DNA of 38,377 nt from Patescibacteria group bacterium (GTDB lineage: Bacteria; Patescibacteriota; Microgenomatia; Levybacterales; UBA12049). How positions within the stretch are numbered: the first letter of the stretch is position 1; each line of letters opens with the position of its first letter. The notes beneath the pieces are model-generated. The model had not been told where the DNA came from and did not search any database. It was given only the letters and a program-made list of their open reading frames with translations. A program made the position numbers and the translations under genes. This document shows positions 1-8,562 of the stretch, piece after piece. The stretch is from assembly GCA_038062115.1 (NCBI GenBank), contig JBBTXS010000023.1:1-38377 (forward strand), written 5' to 3'.

Positions 1-336
1 ACTGCACTGACTCGTGCTATTCCTCCGAAGTCTGCTCTTTGTGTCCAGGTGTTTATGTTCGGATCATACCTCCAGAAATCTTTTTTATATGCACCATCCT
101 CTCCGTGTCCCGTACCAATATATCCTTTGCTCCCAATTCCAAAACCAACTGCATTGACTCGTGCTGTTCCTCCGAAGTCTGCTTTTTGTGTCCAGGCGTT
201 TATGTTCGGATCATACTCCCAGAAATCTTTTTTATATGCACCATCGTATCCCGTACCAATATATCCTTTGCTCCCAATTCCAAAACCAACTGCACTGACT
301 CGTGCTATTCCTCCGAAGTCTGCTCTTTGTGTCCAA
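1..336 (-). repeat. Tandem coding repeat (147/141-bp period) encoding Kelch blades
   Basis: ACTGCA(C/T)TGACTCGTGCT starts at 1, 148 and 289; encodes GFGIGSKGYIGTG..W.YDP...WTQ(K/R)ADFGG. Confidence 0.9.
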
Positions 337-881
337 GGTGGCGGAGTAGGAGTGGGTGTAGGGGTTGGAGTAGGAGTAGGGGTGGGGGTGGGTGGGTTTA
401 GTAAAAGCTGCGCTATTCCTACCGAGTCAACTATTATGTACCTAGTTTGGTTATATCCAGTCATAGCAATAGTTCCACCTCCACTAACGCCTCCAGTAAT
501 TACTGTAAAGAATAACTTTGTAACATTTGTATCTGGGTAAGGAGCAAATGTAATATTGTTTGGAAGAGTAGTAGTCTGAAGTGGATAAGAATTACCCGAA
601 CATACAACGTTTAAGGTATAGTTCGAACTTGCAATAGAAATCTCAACACTATAGCCATCTAGCTGATTTACGCAAACAGGTGGTTTTACCTGAGAATTAG
701 CTCGAGATTTTGCAAGCTGGATCGTAGTTACTAGCTCTTGAGTTGCCGCTTGCAGAGATTGCGACTGACTGTATGTTCTATACGACGCAATGCCAATTAT
801 AGATAAAAACGCAATGCTTGCAAAAACCACAATAAGCTCGATAAGGGTGAAGCCCTTTTTGATATTTGATATTTTGATCAT
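1..881 (-). CDS. Minor type IV pilin (FimT/GspH-like) fused via a Pro-Thr linker to Kelch repeats; 3' end lies outside the window
   Basis: Absent from the ORF track. Manual translation from ATG 881: MIKISNIKKG|FTLIELIVVFASIAFLSIIGIASY...NPPTPTPTPT...PPWTQRADFGGIARVSAVGFGIGSKGYIGTG...DFWEYDP; ATGA overlap with the upstream pilin stop. Confidence 0.9.
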   Translation of the reverse strand, partial: MIKISNIKKGFTLIELIVVFASIAFLSIIGIASYRTYSQSQSLQAATQELVTTIQLAKSRANSQVKPPVCVNQLDGYSVEISIASSNYTLNVVCSGNSYPLQTTTLPNNITFAPYPDTNVTKLFFTVITGGVSGGGTIAMTGYNQTRYIIVDSVGIAQLLLNPPTPTPTPTPTPTPTPTPPPWTQRADFGGIARVSAVGFGIGSKGYIGTGYDGAYKKDFWEYDPNINAWTQKADFGGTARVNAVGFGIGSKGYIGTGHGEDGAYKKDFWRYDPNINTWTQRADFGGIARVSA

Positions 882-1408
882 GGGTTTTTGAGAGTAAACG
901 ACCAATTATCATAAGGGGCTGTATCGTCGCACGGCGCAGTACTTGTTGTATCTTTCTGTGAATCACTAGTATTTTCTAAACAACCAATTAACTTATAAGT
1001 TCCAGCAGTAGGCGTGTATCTATAGTTAAACGGCACTGTATTTAATGGGTCGCAAGGAACACTCTGCATGTATACTGCTGCCCCATCTTGCCATGTTGTA
1101 CCGCACCCTGGTATTGAGGATGGATAAACACTTTTATCTGATCTATATATTTCAAGAGCTGCCTGAATGTTGCGAAGATCAGACTTTCTTTGCCCATCCC
1201 GCGCCCGACTCTTAACACCTACAAAATTTGCCACAAGAAATGTTGTTAGTATTCCGATTATTGCTATAACCACCAAAAGCTCAATTAGAGTAAACCCAGC
1301 ACCACTTGATCTACTAAGAGAGTAAGAATTAAATAGATAGTCCGTTTTTCTAGAATTACACAAGTGGTGCTGGGTAAATCCCTTTTTATAATTGAAAATT
1401 TTTTTCAT
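878..1408 (-). CDS. Type IV pilin / GspG-like pseudopilin with a 28-aa insertion in the leader
   Basis: GAG|FTLIELLVVIAIIGIL, ARDGQRKSDL..IQAALEIY, C-terminal Cys residues. Confidence 0.92.
   Translation of the reverse strand: MKKIFNYKKGFTQHHLCNSRKTDYLFNSYSLSRSSGAGFTLIELLVVIAIIGILTTFLVANFVGVKSRARDGQRKSDLRNIQAALEIYRSDKSVYPSSIPGCGTTWQDGAAVYMQSVPCDPLNTVPFNYRYTPTAGTYKLIGCLENTSDSQKDTTSTAPCDDTAPYDNWSFTLKNP
1295..1374. mobile_element. 80-bp MITE in a pilin leader (14-bp TIR, TAAA/TTTA duplication)
   Basis: TAAA(1291-1294) CCCAGCACCACTTG...CAAGTGGTGCTGGG TAAA(1375-1378). Confidence 0.9.
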
Positions 1409-1914
1409 GGCGTTACATTTCCACTTGACACTCCATAATTACAAACTCCTCCGCAAGCAGTATTGCTTAGTCCAATAAAACTTAGGCTAGAACACGCTTT
1501 TCCGCTATTGCAGGCTTGCGGATCTTCCTCTCTATCTAGATTACCATACATATAGTATGATTGTCCATCTATTTTTACATAGTAAATATAAGTTTTATTT
1601 TTGCTTGGATCTTTAGGCAAAATTTTAATATAAGGAGCAAAACTTTCCCCCCACTCAACAGTTCTTCCATCTAATCGAACAATTTTACAGTTATTAACGT
1701 CCTGTAAACAATCTCCAGGATTTGGCGGAAACTTCCCAAAATCCTCGTAATATTGTTTGATGGCTCTTTGAATTTGTGCAAGATCGGATTTCCTCTTGCT
1801 ATCATTTGCTTTTTGAATCTGTGTAATTGGATCGATTAAGATAACTGCTATTATTGTCGAAATCCCAATAATGCCGATGATAAGAATTTTGATAAGTGTG
1901 AAACCTTTTCTCAT
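1405..1914 (-). CDS. Type IV pilin / GspG-like protein (Lys instead of Glu at +5)
   Basis: Likely start ATG 1914 overlapping the pilD stop: MRKG|FTLIKILIIGIIG; KANDSKRKSDLAQIQRA; Cys-rich C-terminus. Confidence 0.85.
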   Translation of the reverse strand: MRKGFTLIKILIIGIIGISTIIAVILIDPITQIQKANDSKRKSDLAQIQRAIKQYYEDFGKFPPNPGDCLQDVNNCKIVRLDGRTVEWGESFAPYIKILPKDPSKNKTYIYYVKIDGQSYYMYGNLDREEDPQACNSGKACSSLSFIGLSNTACGGVCNYGVSSGNVTP

Positions 1915-2762
1915 CTTCCTTGCAATAAAAAAGGAAACACTTTTTGCAATATCACTTCTCCCCAAAATAATGCTATAAATGTTCCAATTACCAAAAATGG
2001 TCCAAAAGGTATTGTTGAACCTTTGAATTTTTTCTTCTTTCCCAAAATTAGTATTATAGAAATTACAGCGCCTGTCAAGAAAGCAACATATAAAGCAACT
2101 ACGGTTTTTGGAAAACCCAATATTAGTCCTATTAAAAATGCTAGCTTAACATCTCCAAAGCCCATGCCGCGTCCGCGAGTTGCTAAAAAAATTAAGAGAA
2201 AAAAGAGAAAAGACCCAAGAGCCGAAACGAGGGAAAGTATTAAGTAGTTAGTATTAAGTATTATGTATAAAATCGAAACTATAACTGCAGAATAAGTGAT
2301 TTTATCTGGAATAATTCCGTATTTTAGGTCAGCGAAAAAAACTACAATAAAGCTTGAGAAAATAAAAAGATAGAAAACCAACCCCAACGATTCACCTCCG
2401 AGGAGTCGCTCCGCCAAGTACCGTACGGTACCTGGCTCCGCAACACCTCGGAGGTGGAAAAAGGACTCCTCCGAGGCGAACGATTGCGTAAAAATAATTG
2501 CTGAAACAAACATTATTCCCGTTACAAGCTCCACTAGAGGATAGTAATACGAAAGGGGAACGCGGCAGTAGCGGCATCTAGCTTTTAATGAAATAAATGA
2601 TAAGAGGGGAATTAAGTCGTACCATCTAAGTGTTTTCTTGCAGGATTCACAATAAGATCTTCCGATGAGGAAAGATTCGTCTCTAGGCAGTCTGTCGATT
2701 AAAACATTTAAAAAACTTCCAACACCAACCCCTAGAACAAAGATTAGAAAAACTTCTACCAT
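1911..2762 (-). CDS. pilD: Prepilin peptidase (A24 family)
   Basis: GSFLNVLIDRLP, CxxC pairs, DLIPLLSF, FFADLKYGIIPD, GMGFGDVKL, IPFGPFL. Confidence 0.96.
   Translation of the reverse strand: MVEVFLIFVLGVGVGSFLNVLIDRLPRDESFLIGRSYCESCKKTLRWYDLIPLLSFISLKARCRYCRVPLSYYYPLVELVTGIMFVSAIIFTQSFASEESFFHLRGVAEPGTVRYLAERLLGGESLGLVFYLFIFSSFIVVFFADLKYGIIPDKITYSAVIVSILYIILNTNYLILSLVSALGSFLFFLLIFLATRGRGMGFGDVKLAFLIGLILGFPKTVVALYVAFLTGAVISIILILGKKKKFKGSTIPFGPFLVIGTFIALFWGEVILQKVFPFLLQGR
2391..2480. repeat. Family C palindrome, in-frame in pilD
   Basis: TTCACCTCCGAGGAGTC...ACACCTCGGAGGTG...GACTCCTCCGAGGCGAA; relatives at 17431 and 23647. Confidence 0.85.
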
Positions 2763-2780
2763 GTAAATAGAATAGCATAC

Positions 2781-3323
2781 TTACGGACACGTAGTTGCTC
2801 CTGCTGCGGGCGCGCTTGGAGATTCCTTGAATTTACTACTAGCAGAATCCCAACACCAAACAGCACCCGCGGGCGAATTATATAACTTTCCCCAAACCAC
2901 TGCCGAACAAGTTCCAGGATCACAAGTAGTGGAACGTTGATAATTATAATCTGTTCCATCTGGTTGCATGGGCAATGGATCTAGATCTTTGCTTACTACC
3001 AGATTTTGAAGAGGAGGACTGCTAACGTCTGGATATTTACCCTCATTTGTTGTAAGGTATGCTTTAAGAGCATGGACTATTTGACTCATATCTGTTTTAA
3101 CATTCGCCTCTTTTGCTTGATTAATATTTCTTAAAGGATTAACCGCTACAATAACCGCCATTGCCAAAATACCAATTATTACCATTACTACAAGAAGCTC
3201 AATAAGCGTAAACCCAGCACCACTTAAGTTTTTATTAATAGTATTGTCAAATAAATACATAAATATTTTTTTATTGAATAAGTGGCGCTGGATAAACCCT
3301 AATGTAGACAGTTTTATTTTCAT
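2781..3323 (-). CDS. Type IV pilin with a 28-aa insertion in the leader
   Basis: GAG|FTLIELLVVMVIIGILA..VAVNP; paralogous to 3842..4345. Confidence 0.92.
   Translation of the reverse strand: MKIKLSTLGFIQRHLFNKKIFMYLFDNTINKNLSGAGFTLIELLVVMVIIGILAMAVIVAVNPLRNINQAKEANVKTDMSQIVHALKAYLTTNEGKYPDVSSPPLQNLVVSKDLDPLPMQPDGTDYNYQRSTTCDPGTCSAVVWGKLYNSPAGAVWCWDSASSKFKESPSAPAAGATTCP
3213..3292. mobile_element. 80-bp MITE in a second pilin leader (TAAA/TTTA duplication)
   Basis: TAAA(3209-3212) CCCAGCACCACTTA...TAAGTGGCGCTGGA TAAA(3293-3296). Confidence 0.88.
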
Positions 3324-3381
3324 AACTCTAGTTCACAATTAGTACAACATAATTTATTATGCTTGTCAATATAAATAATAG

Positions 3382-3532
3382 CTGACATTACCCCAGTTTT
3401 GCCTCAAATTACTTATGTCATTGCGATCAGGCGAAGCCTGAGAAGCAATCTCTTTTTTCACAGTGGGATTGCCACGTCGTCCCGCTTCGCGGGACTCCTC
3501 GCAATGACAGGTACAAACTGGGGTAATGTCAG
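3382..3532. mobile_element. 151-bp MITE, 18-bp perfect TIR, 9-bp TSD, enclosing a family A palindrome (3416-3509)
   Basis: CTGACATTACCCCAGTTT...AAACTGGGGTAATGTCAG flanked by AAATAATAG at 3373-3381 and 3533-3541. Confidence 0.92.
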
Positions 3533-3540
3533 AAATAATA

Positions 3541-3640
3541 GTATATATTCAGTTCTTACCAATGAAGCTGTCATTTCGATCAGGCGAAGCCTGAAGCCTG
3601 ATCGCAATGACAATTCCTTTATCAAATCCTGAACGATTAC
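3541..3640. mobile_element. Degenerate MITE enclosing a shortened family A palindrome (3569-3612)
   Basis: Shares TATTCAGTTCTTACCAATGAAGCTGTCATTTCGA with the element at 15090; ends CTGAACGATTAC. Confidence 0.7.
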
Positions 3641-3683
3641 AAAATAAAAAAGAGGTGGGTGATTTTTATATTAATCTAGTAAA

Positions 3684-3782
3684 CCCCGCACCCCGAGCTT
3701 ACGCTCGGGGCATTAGGGGTTCGCTTCGCGGAAATAATCCATTCATCCCTGACCTTACGGTCAGGGCATTCTGGGTGCGGGG
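3684..3782. mobile_element. 99-bp intergenic MITE of the CCC..GGG/TAAA family with two internal hairpins
   Basis: TAAA CCCCGCACCC...GGGTGCGGGG TAAA; hairpins CCCCGAGCttacGCTCGGGG and CCCTGACCttacGGTCAGGG. Confidence 0.85.
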
Positions 3783-3841
3783 TAAAGCAATTGAGGACAA
3801 GATTTTTGATTAGCGAGGCTCATGGACACACACGATCGCTA

Positions 3842-4345
3842 CTAACATGTACTAGTTGCGAGTGTTGGTTGTGTAATAGTTGACTTTAACACACCATTCG
3901 TAGAATCCCAACAGAACCAAGTGGCAGCATACACATCAAAAAGATTACCCCACACTACTGCATTTGTGCCATTTGACCCATAACAATACTCAGCTGCCGC
4001 TCCTTGAGCCCCAGCAGGGTTTACAGAAGTACACGGTGTAGCTCCTGCCTGCTGTTTTGGCATGGTTTTGAGCTCCCCGGCAGTGAGAAGAACGATCAAT
4101 GTAGCAGGATAGGCAGGTGTCCCCGTTGTACCCGTTGAGGTGAAGTATATTTGCAGGGCATTTACAAGCTGACCCATGTCAGACTTAAGATTCGAATCTT
4201 TTGCTTGATTTATCTTCTTTACTGGATTGATAGCAACAATAATAGCTGCTGCTAAGATCCCTAAAACTGCAATGACTATTAACAATTCTATCAATGTGAA
4301 GGCTTTTTGGGGATTACTGAGTTTTAAATTAAAGAGTTTTTTCAT
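3842..4345 (-). CDS. Type IV pilin (candidate major pilin)
   Basis: QKA|FTLIELLIVIAVLGILAAAIIVAINP. Confidence 0.92.
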   Translation of the reverse strand: MKKLFNLKLSNPQKAFTLIELLIVIAVLGILAAAIIVAINPVKKINQAKDSNLKSDMGQLVNALQIYFTSTGTTGTPAYPATLIVLLTAGELKTMPKQQAGATPCTSVNPAGAQGAAAEYCYGSNGTNAVVWGNLFDVYAATWFCWDSTNGVLKSTITQPTLATSTC

Positions 4346-4463
4346 GTATAAAATAAATGATATATAATAAGTAAAACAGGGTTCTTAGAGTTTGTCAATA
4401 GATTAAAGTATATCAAAGTGCATAAAAAGCACAGGTTGTTAAATTAAATGAAACAATCGGTTT

Positions 4464-5672
4464 TTACTGAATCGAAGATGTGAGTTTGTAGATTGGAGTA
4501 ATTATCGAGAAAATTAAAAAACCCACTCCAACACCCAATGTAACCATAATAAGAGGTTCCATAGCTGTAGTTAGTGTTTTAACTGCCTGATCAATTTCGC
4601 CCTCAAAATACTCCGAAGCCTTAAGAAGTGTTTCGTCTAGTTTTCCAGTTTGTTCACCAACTTTTACAAGCTGAATAAGGATCGGAGGAAAAAGTGTATA
4701 AACAGACAAAGCGTCTCCAACAGTAACACCTTTCTCAACGCGCCTTGATGTATCTAATATTGCATTTTTAAAATGAACATTGCCAGCAATATCTGCCGTT
4801 TCTGCCAAAGACTCCACCACCAAGGTGCCGCTTCCTATTAAAAGCCCTAGAGTCCTTGAAAACTCAGCAAGTATTGTTTTTTTAATAATAGGAGCAAGAA
4901 TTGGGAGTTTTAAAACTAGGTTATCAATTAACATTTTACCCTCTTCGGTTTTACTCAAACGACGAAGTAAAAAAGAAAATAGAACTCCCGCGCCTAAAAT
5001 AATTGGCCAAAATGCAACAGTAAGGTGTGACATAGAAACCACTATTTTGGTAGCCAAGGGTAATTCAACGTTTAAGTCTTTATAAAGATCAGTAAGTTTT
5101 GGAATAACAAAAATCATCATTATAAAAACAACTACAATCATCATAATAACAACTATGGTCGGGTAGGTAAAAGCTGCCTTAATTGTGCCTCTTAATTTTT
5201 GCTCTTTTTCCAAGTTGTCTGCAAGGCGAATCAATGACTTATCCAAAAGTCCCGAGGCCTCCGAAGCCTTAATAATCGACACATAAACTGTAGAAAACAT
5301 ATCTGGATGCTTGAGAAGTGCCTTAGAAAAAGACAAACCCTCTTGTATATCGGTAATAACTCCATCTATTATCTCTCTCATTGCCTCGTTGGTAGCTTGA
5401 TTTTTAAGAATGTCTAAAGATTTGACTAGTGTCAGACCAGAAACTAGCATTAGAGACAGTTGCCTAGTAAAAACTAATATGTCTTTTCGTCTTACCTTAT
5501 TTGAAAAAAAGGGCAACATGCTAAGAAGTCTATTGTTTTCTTTTTTTGTTATTGTTATGGGGAAAAGCTCTTTGCTTCTTAAATAATATGCTGCATCTCT
5601 GATGTCGTTTGCTTCTATAATGCCAGACAATATTTTGCCCTCCCCTGTTACAGCTTTGTAAAATAACTTCAT
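4464..5672 (-). CDS. pilC: Type IV pilus platform protein PilC (GspF family)
   Basis: FTRQLSLML.SGL.L, YPTIV, GEQTGKLDE, EPLIM; 402 aa. Confidence 0.95.
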   Translation of the reverse strand: MKLFYKAVTGEGKILSGIIEANDIRDAAYYLRSKELFPITITKKENNRLLSMLPFFSNKVRRKDILVFTRQLSLMLVSGLTLVKSLDILKNQATNEAMREIIDGVITDIQEGLSFSKALLKHPDMFSTVYVSIIKASEASGLLDKSLIRLADNLEKEQKLRGTIKAAFTYPTIVVIMMIVVVFIMMIFVIPKLTDLYKDLNVELPLATKIVVSMSHLTVAFWPIILGAGVLFSFLLRRLSKTEEGKMLIDNLVLKLPILAPIIKKTILAEFSRTLGLLIGSGTLVVESLAETADIAGNVHFKNAILDTSRRVEKGVTVGDALSVYTLFPPILIQLVKVGEQTGKLDETLLKASEYFEGEIDQAVKTLTTAMEPLIMVTLGVGVGFLIFSIITPIYKLTSSIQ

Positions 5673-5683
5673 GTTAAATTTAA

Positions 5684-6751
5684 CTACCCTATCATTCTTA
5701 AAAGATAATCTTGGTGTAAAGCGTAGCTTTTAGCAGTCTCAAGGCTTATGCTACCTGCTAATACTAAAGAGGCGAGAGATGCCTCAAGAGTAATCATGCC
5801 AGCCTCCTGACTAGTTTGTATAACTGAATCTATTAAATGAGTTTTTCCTTCTCTAATGTTACTCGAAACCGCACTTGTTCCAATTAAAACCTCAACCGCT
5901 GGAATTCTGCCGCCCCCTATCTGTTGCAAAAGTCGTTGTGAAATAATACCCTTAAGAGTTGAGGCAAGTTGAATTTTGATTTGTGGTTGTTGCTCCGACG
6001 GAAAGGAATCTATAATTCTGTCTATGCTTTGTGAAGCAGAATTTGTATGAATTGTCGAAAAAACTAAATGCCCAGTTTCGGCAATTGTTATTGCTGCAGC
6101 CATAGTTTCTGGATCTCGCATTTCTCCAACTAGTACTACATCTGGGTCTTCACGAAGACAAGATTTAAGAGCCGAATGCCACGAATGGGTATCTATGCCC
6201 ATGGCTCGCTGAGATATGACACTTTTCCCAGGAGGATAAACATATTCAATCGGATCTTCTATTGTTAAGATATGACAGGAACGACTCAGATTAATCTCAT
6301 TTATAATTGCAGCAAGGGTTGTTGATTTACCGTGTCCTGTGGGGCCTGTTGCTAAAATAAAACCTTGTTTTAAATTCGCAAACCTATGAACAGTTTTGGG
6401 CAAGTGGAGATCTTCGATTGTACGAATGCTTGGCTCCAAAAATCTAAAAGCGCCCGATAAATATCCCCGTTGATAATAAAGATTAGAGCGAAACCTACCT
6501 AAATTTTTGCTGCTTCCGCCTTCGAATGTAAAGGAAAAATCTAGCTCCTTGTTAGCAAGCAACATCTCCTTCTGCGACGAATTAAGCAAAGAAAAAATCA
6601 TTGTTTCTATATCTTGTACAGTTAAAGGTTTATAGCTTGAAATATATGCTAGGGAACCATCAATTCTAACGGTTGGTGGAATACCTTGCAACAAATGCAA
6701 GTCGGATGCGTTGTTCTTTATAGTAACTGCTAATAATTCTTGAATGCTCAT
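5684..6751 (-). CDS. pilT: Retraction ATPase PilT
   Basis: ASDLHL, GPTGHGKSTT, TIEDPIEY, LREDPDVVLVGEMRD, AETGHLVFSTIHT, SNIREGK. Confidence 0.95.
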   Translation of the reverse strand: MSIQELLAVTIKNNASDLHLLQGIPPTVRIDGSLAYISSYKPLTVQDIETMIFSLLNSSQKEMLLANKELDFSFTFEGGSSKNLGRFRSNLYYQRGYLSGAFRFLEPSIRTIEDLHLPKTVHRFANLKQGFILATGPTGHGKSTTLAAIINEINLSRSCHILTIEDPIEYVYPPGKSVISQRAMGIDTHSWHSALKSCLREDPDVVLVGEMRDPETMAAAITIAETGHLVFSTIHTNSASQSIDRIIDSFPSEQQPQIKIQLASTLKGIISQRLLQQIGGGRIPAVEVLIGTSAVSSNIREGKTHLIDSVIQTSQEAGMITLEASLASLVLAGSISLETAKSYALHQDYLLRMIG

Positions 6752-6754
6752 ACG

Positions 6755-8494
6755 CTACTCCTGCGCTACTCTTATCACTTCTTCTATCGTCGTTATGCCT
6801 TGCAATGCCTTAAAATAACCATCTTGCTTCATTGTAATCATTCCATCCGTAATTGCTTCTTTTTCTAATGTCGCCGCATCCGGATGCTCTAATATTAGGC
6901 TAGCAATTTTATTAGAAACAGGCAATACCTCAAAAATTCCAATTCTTCCCAAATATCCAAGATTGCCGCATTCTTCACAACCTTTACCTCTATATAATTT
7001 TATTGTAGAATTACTTGGAAAAAGCTTGCCTAATACTTTTTGCATCTCCTCTATAATCTGTGGAACTGGAACATAAGATTCTTTACAATGTAGACAAATT
7101 CTTCTAACTATTCGTTGCCCCAACATTGCATTCATTGTGGATGAAAGCAAAAAGGGTTCTGCTCCCAAATCGATAAGACGAGGTAAGGCACCAGCAGCGC
7201 TTGATGTATGAAGTGTAGAAAAAACCAAATGTCCAGTTAGTGCCGCCTGCAAAGCAAGATCTGTTGTGTCTCTATCTCGAATTTCTCCAACTAGAATTAT
7301 GTTTGGGTCTTGTCGAAGAAATGAGCGAAGACCCGTTGCAAAAGTAAGCCCAACTGCTGGATTTATGCCAACCTGATTAATTCCAGGCAACTGATATTCA
7401 ACTGGGTCCTCAAGAGTCATAATATTTACACGAGTTGTATTAAGTTTTGACAAAATGGAATAAAGAGTTGTTGTTTTACCCGATCCAGTTGGTCCGCAAA
7501 CTATAATAATTCCATGCGGTCTTAACACCGCTGTTTCCAGATTTTTTAAAGATACTCCACCAAGCCCCAACTCTTCTAGCCCGGGAACACCACCAGTTTT
7601 CCTTAAAAGCCTCATCACGATTTTTTCGCCATGAACTGTTGGCAATACCGAAATACGAAGATCAACTTCTCTATCCATAATTTTAAAATTAAAACGACCA
7701 TCTTGGGGAATACGATGCTCGTCAATCTTCATTTCGGAAAGAATTTTTATTCTAGAGACTACTGCATCATGAACTCTCTTAGGAAGACTCAGCTTGTCGT
7801 AGAGTATACCATCTATTCTATATCTAACTCTTATCCTATCTTCTTCGGGTTCTATATGAACATCAGAGGCCCTACTTGTTACCGCATATTCTAAAATAGT
7901 TGAAACTATTTTGGCAACAGGTGCTTCTTTAATAATTTCTGGTATTTGGTTTATGCTAACCGTACGAACTCTCTTGCCAATTTCGTCTGACTCCTTTAAG
8001 GCTTTTCCCACCTCACCAATTATGTCTTGTTTGTATTCTTGATTAATTGCACGAGTTATATCTTGAGGGGATGAAACAAATGTTGCTATATTAAGTCCAG
8101 TTTTTTGCCTAACAAATTGCAACGCGTCCAGATCTACTGGATTGCTCATAGCAACAGATAATGTTTTTGTTTTTTCATCAAAGTTAAATGGTATTAGAGA
8201 AAAACGCTCAGCAATAACCCTTGGCACAAAACCTATAGCCTGTGGAGAAAACGAAGCCGATGCAAGAGAAATAAAAGGTATCCCCAGAAGCTTTGCTTTT
8301 GCCGCGAGAAGCTTTTCATCTGTTATCAAGTTTAACGATTTTAATATTTCCTCGTAGGATAATCCCTGAGTTGCACTTTTAAGTTTAATATCCTCGAATT
8401 GTTCCGGGGTCAAGAGATGCTCCGAAAGCAATATATCAAGCAAAGTTTTATTTTCTGAATTTTCTGATGATAGATTAAGACCGGTTATTAGCAT
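6755..8494 (-). CDS. pilB: Assembly ATPase PilB (GspE family)
   Basis: ASDVHIEP, RIPQDGR, GPTGSGKTTT, LRQDPNIILVGEIRD, tetracysteine motif. Confidence 0.95.
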   Translation of the reverse strand: MLITGLNLSSENSENKTLLDILLSEHLLTPEQFEDIKLKSATQGLSYEEILKSLNLITDEKLLAAKAKLLGIPFISLASASFSPQAIGFVPRVIAERFSLIPFNFDEKTKTLSVAMSNPVDLDALQFVRQKTGLNIATFVSSPQDITRAINQEYKQDIIGEVGKALKESDEIGKRVRTVSINQIPEIIKEAPVAKIVSTILEYAVTSRASDVHIEPEEDRIRVRYRIDGILYDKLSLPKRVHDAVVSRIKILSEMKIDEHRIPQDGRFNFKIMDREVDLRISVLPTVHGEKIVMRLLRKTGGVPGLEELGLGGVSLKNLETAVLRPHGIIIVCGPTGSGKTTTLYSILSKLNTTRVNIMTLEDPVEYQLPGINQVGINPAVGLTFATGLRSFLRQDPNIILVGEIRDRDTTDLALQAALTGHLVFSTLHTSSAAGALPRLIDLGAEPFLLSSTMNAMLGQRIVRRICLHCKESYVPVPQIIEEMQKVLGKLFPSNSTIKLYRGKGCEECGNLGYLGRIGIFEVLPVSNKIASLILEHPDAATLEKEAITDGMITMKQDGYFKALQGITTIEEVIRVAQE

Positions 8495-8501
8495 TACTTT
8501 T

Positions 8502-8531
8502 ATAATAGGTAAAAATAGAATATAATGTCAA
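8502..8531 (-). promoter_or_regulatory. Sigma70-type promoter of the pil operon
   Basis: TTGACA (8531-8526), 18 bp, TATTAT (8507-8502); ATG 7 nt downstream. Confidence 0.55.
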
Positions 8532-8562
8532 GGAGGCAAGCTTAGCTTGCCGACGAAAACCC

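Noticed and set aside
1-540. Repeats as a CRISPR array; + strand ORFs 39..401 and 49..540
   Set aside because: Long contiguous units without spacers that encode Kelch blades on the minus strand; the + ORFs are shadows.
2756-2959. 67-aa ORF and other short ORFs nested in long genes
   Set aside because: Alternate-frame or antisense shadows of well-supported genes.
3399-3813. ORFs 3399..3632 and 3607..3813
   Set aside because: Translations of stacked repeats.
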